A program made the position numbers and the translations under genes. The notes below the pieces were generated by a model. That model did no database searches. It was not told the origin of the DNA and saw only the letters and a list, made by a program, of their open reading frames with translations. Below are positions 62,694-64,000 of a DNA stretch of 64,000 nucleotides, in pieces. Source of the DNA: Squalus acanthias (Eukaryota); contig CM059432.1 in NCBI GenBank assembly GCA_030390025.1, positions 85,562,001-85,626,000 of the forward strand, given 5' to 3'. How positions within the stretch are numbered: the first letter of the stretch is position 1; each line of letters begins with the position of its first letter.

Positions 62694-64000
62694 TTTGTGT
62701 CTTAATGCGAGGAGCATTCGTAATAAGGTGGATGAATTAGCTGCGCAAATAGAGGTAAACGAATATGATATGATTGGGATTACGGAAACATGGCTCCAGG
62801 GTGACCAAGGCTGGGAACTCAACATACAGGGGTATTCAATATTCAGGAAAGATAGGCAAAAAGGAAAAGGAGGTGGGGTAGCATTGCTGGTTAAAGAGGG
62901 GATTAACACAATTGTAAGGAAGGATATTAGCTCTGATGATGTGGAATCTGTATGGGTAGAACTGAGAAATACCAAGGGGCTGAAAACGCTAGTGGGAGTG
63001 GTGTATAGACCCCCAAACAGTAATACGGAGGTTGGGGATGGCATTAAAAGGGAAATTAGAGAAGCGTGCAATAAGAGCACAGCAGTTATCATGGGCGACT
63101 TTAATCTACATATAGATTGGGCTAACCAAATTAGTAACAATACTGTGGAGGAGGAATTCCTGGAGTGTATACGGGATGGTTTCCTGGACCAATATGTCGA
63201 GGAACCAACTAGAGATCAGGCCATCTTAGACTGGGTATTATGTAATGAGAAAGGATTAATTAGCAATCTTGTTGTGCGAGGCCCCATGGGTTGGAGCGAT
63301 CATAATATGATCGAATTCTTCATTAAGATGGAGAGTGAAGTAGTTGACTCAGAGACTAGGGTCCTGAATTTAAATAAAGGAAACTACGATGGTATGAGGC
63401 GCGAGTTGGGTAGGATTGATTGGGGAATGTTACTCAAAGGGTTGACGGTGGAGAGGCAATGGCAAGCATTCAAAGATCGCATGAATGAACTACAGAATTT
63501 GTTCATCCCAGTTTGGCATAAAAATAAAACAAAAAAGGTGACTCAACCGTGGCTAACAAAGGAAATTAGGGATAGCATAAGATCCAAGGAAAGGACATAT
63601 AAATTGGCCAGAAAAAGCAGAAAACCTGAGGATTGGGAGCAGTATAGGATTCAGCAAAGAAGGACAAAGGGATTAATTAAGAGGGGGAAAATAGAGTATG
63701 AGAGTAAGCTTGCGAGGAACATAAAAACGGACTGTAAAACCTTTTATAGATATGTGAAGAGAAAAAGATTGGTGAAGTCAAGCGTAGGTCCCTTGCAGTC
63801 AGAATCAGGAGAATTTATAATGGGGAACAAAGAAATGGCAGACCAATTAAATACATGCTTTGGTTCTGTCTTCACAAAGGAGAACACAAATAACCTCCCA
63901 GAGATGTCGGGGAACATAGGGTCTAATGAGAAGGAGGAACTGAAAGAAATCAGTATTTGTAGGGAAATAGTGTTAGGGAAATTGACGGGATTGAAGGCCG

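Larger units (their letters stand above)
60535..64000 (+). mobile_element. Young CR1, same subfamily as 32910-37287, runs off the window
   Basis: Intact ORF1; ORF2 APE frame reads open on both sides of the MITE. Confidence 0.95.

Noticed and set aside
32910..64000. Mirror arrangement of two CR1 subfamilies (-,- ... +,+) suggesting a large inverted segmental duplication
   Set aside because: Spacers, truncation points and MITE positions differ, so these are independent insertions

Overview
Eukaryotic, repeat-dense window with no recognisable host gene. It is probably vertebrate, and the repeat set (CR1, L2, RTE, a Deu-domain SINE and a Penelope terminal repeat) points to a cartilaginous fish; the taxon is inferred. 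Most of the window is transposable elements, often nested. PIF/Harbinger DNA transposons: decayed two-gene copies (HARBI1-type DDE transposase plus a spliced Myb/SANT gene, convergent) and at least 7 TIR-bounded MITEs with 3-bp TSDs. Retroelements: several CR1 subfamilies (one full-length copy, and one very young copy with intact ORF1), L2, and an RTE flanked by a 322-bp duplication. There is also one hAT MITE, a Penelope-type terminus with a minimal hammerhead ribozyme core, and a candidate solo LTR. Most notable signals: a conserved U_UUA_AAC -1 slippery site joining CR1 ORF1 to an ATG-less ORF2; the 322-bp RTE target duplication; a fold-back junction fusing two inverted Harbinger copies; a Harbinger target preference that lies in the flanks rather than the TSD; and MITEs that keep both inward-facing TATA-like motifs. 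All calls were made by eye, without database searches.
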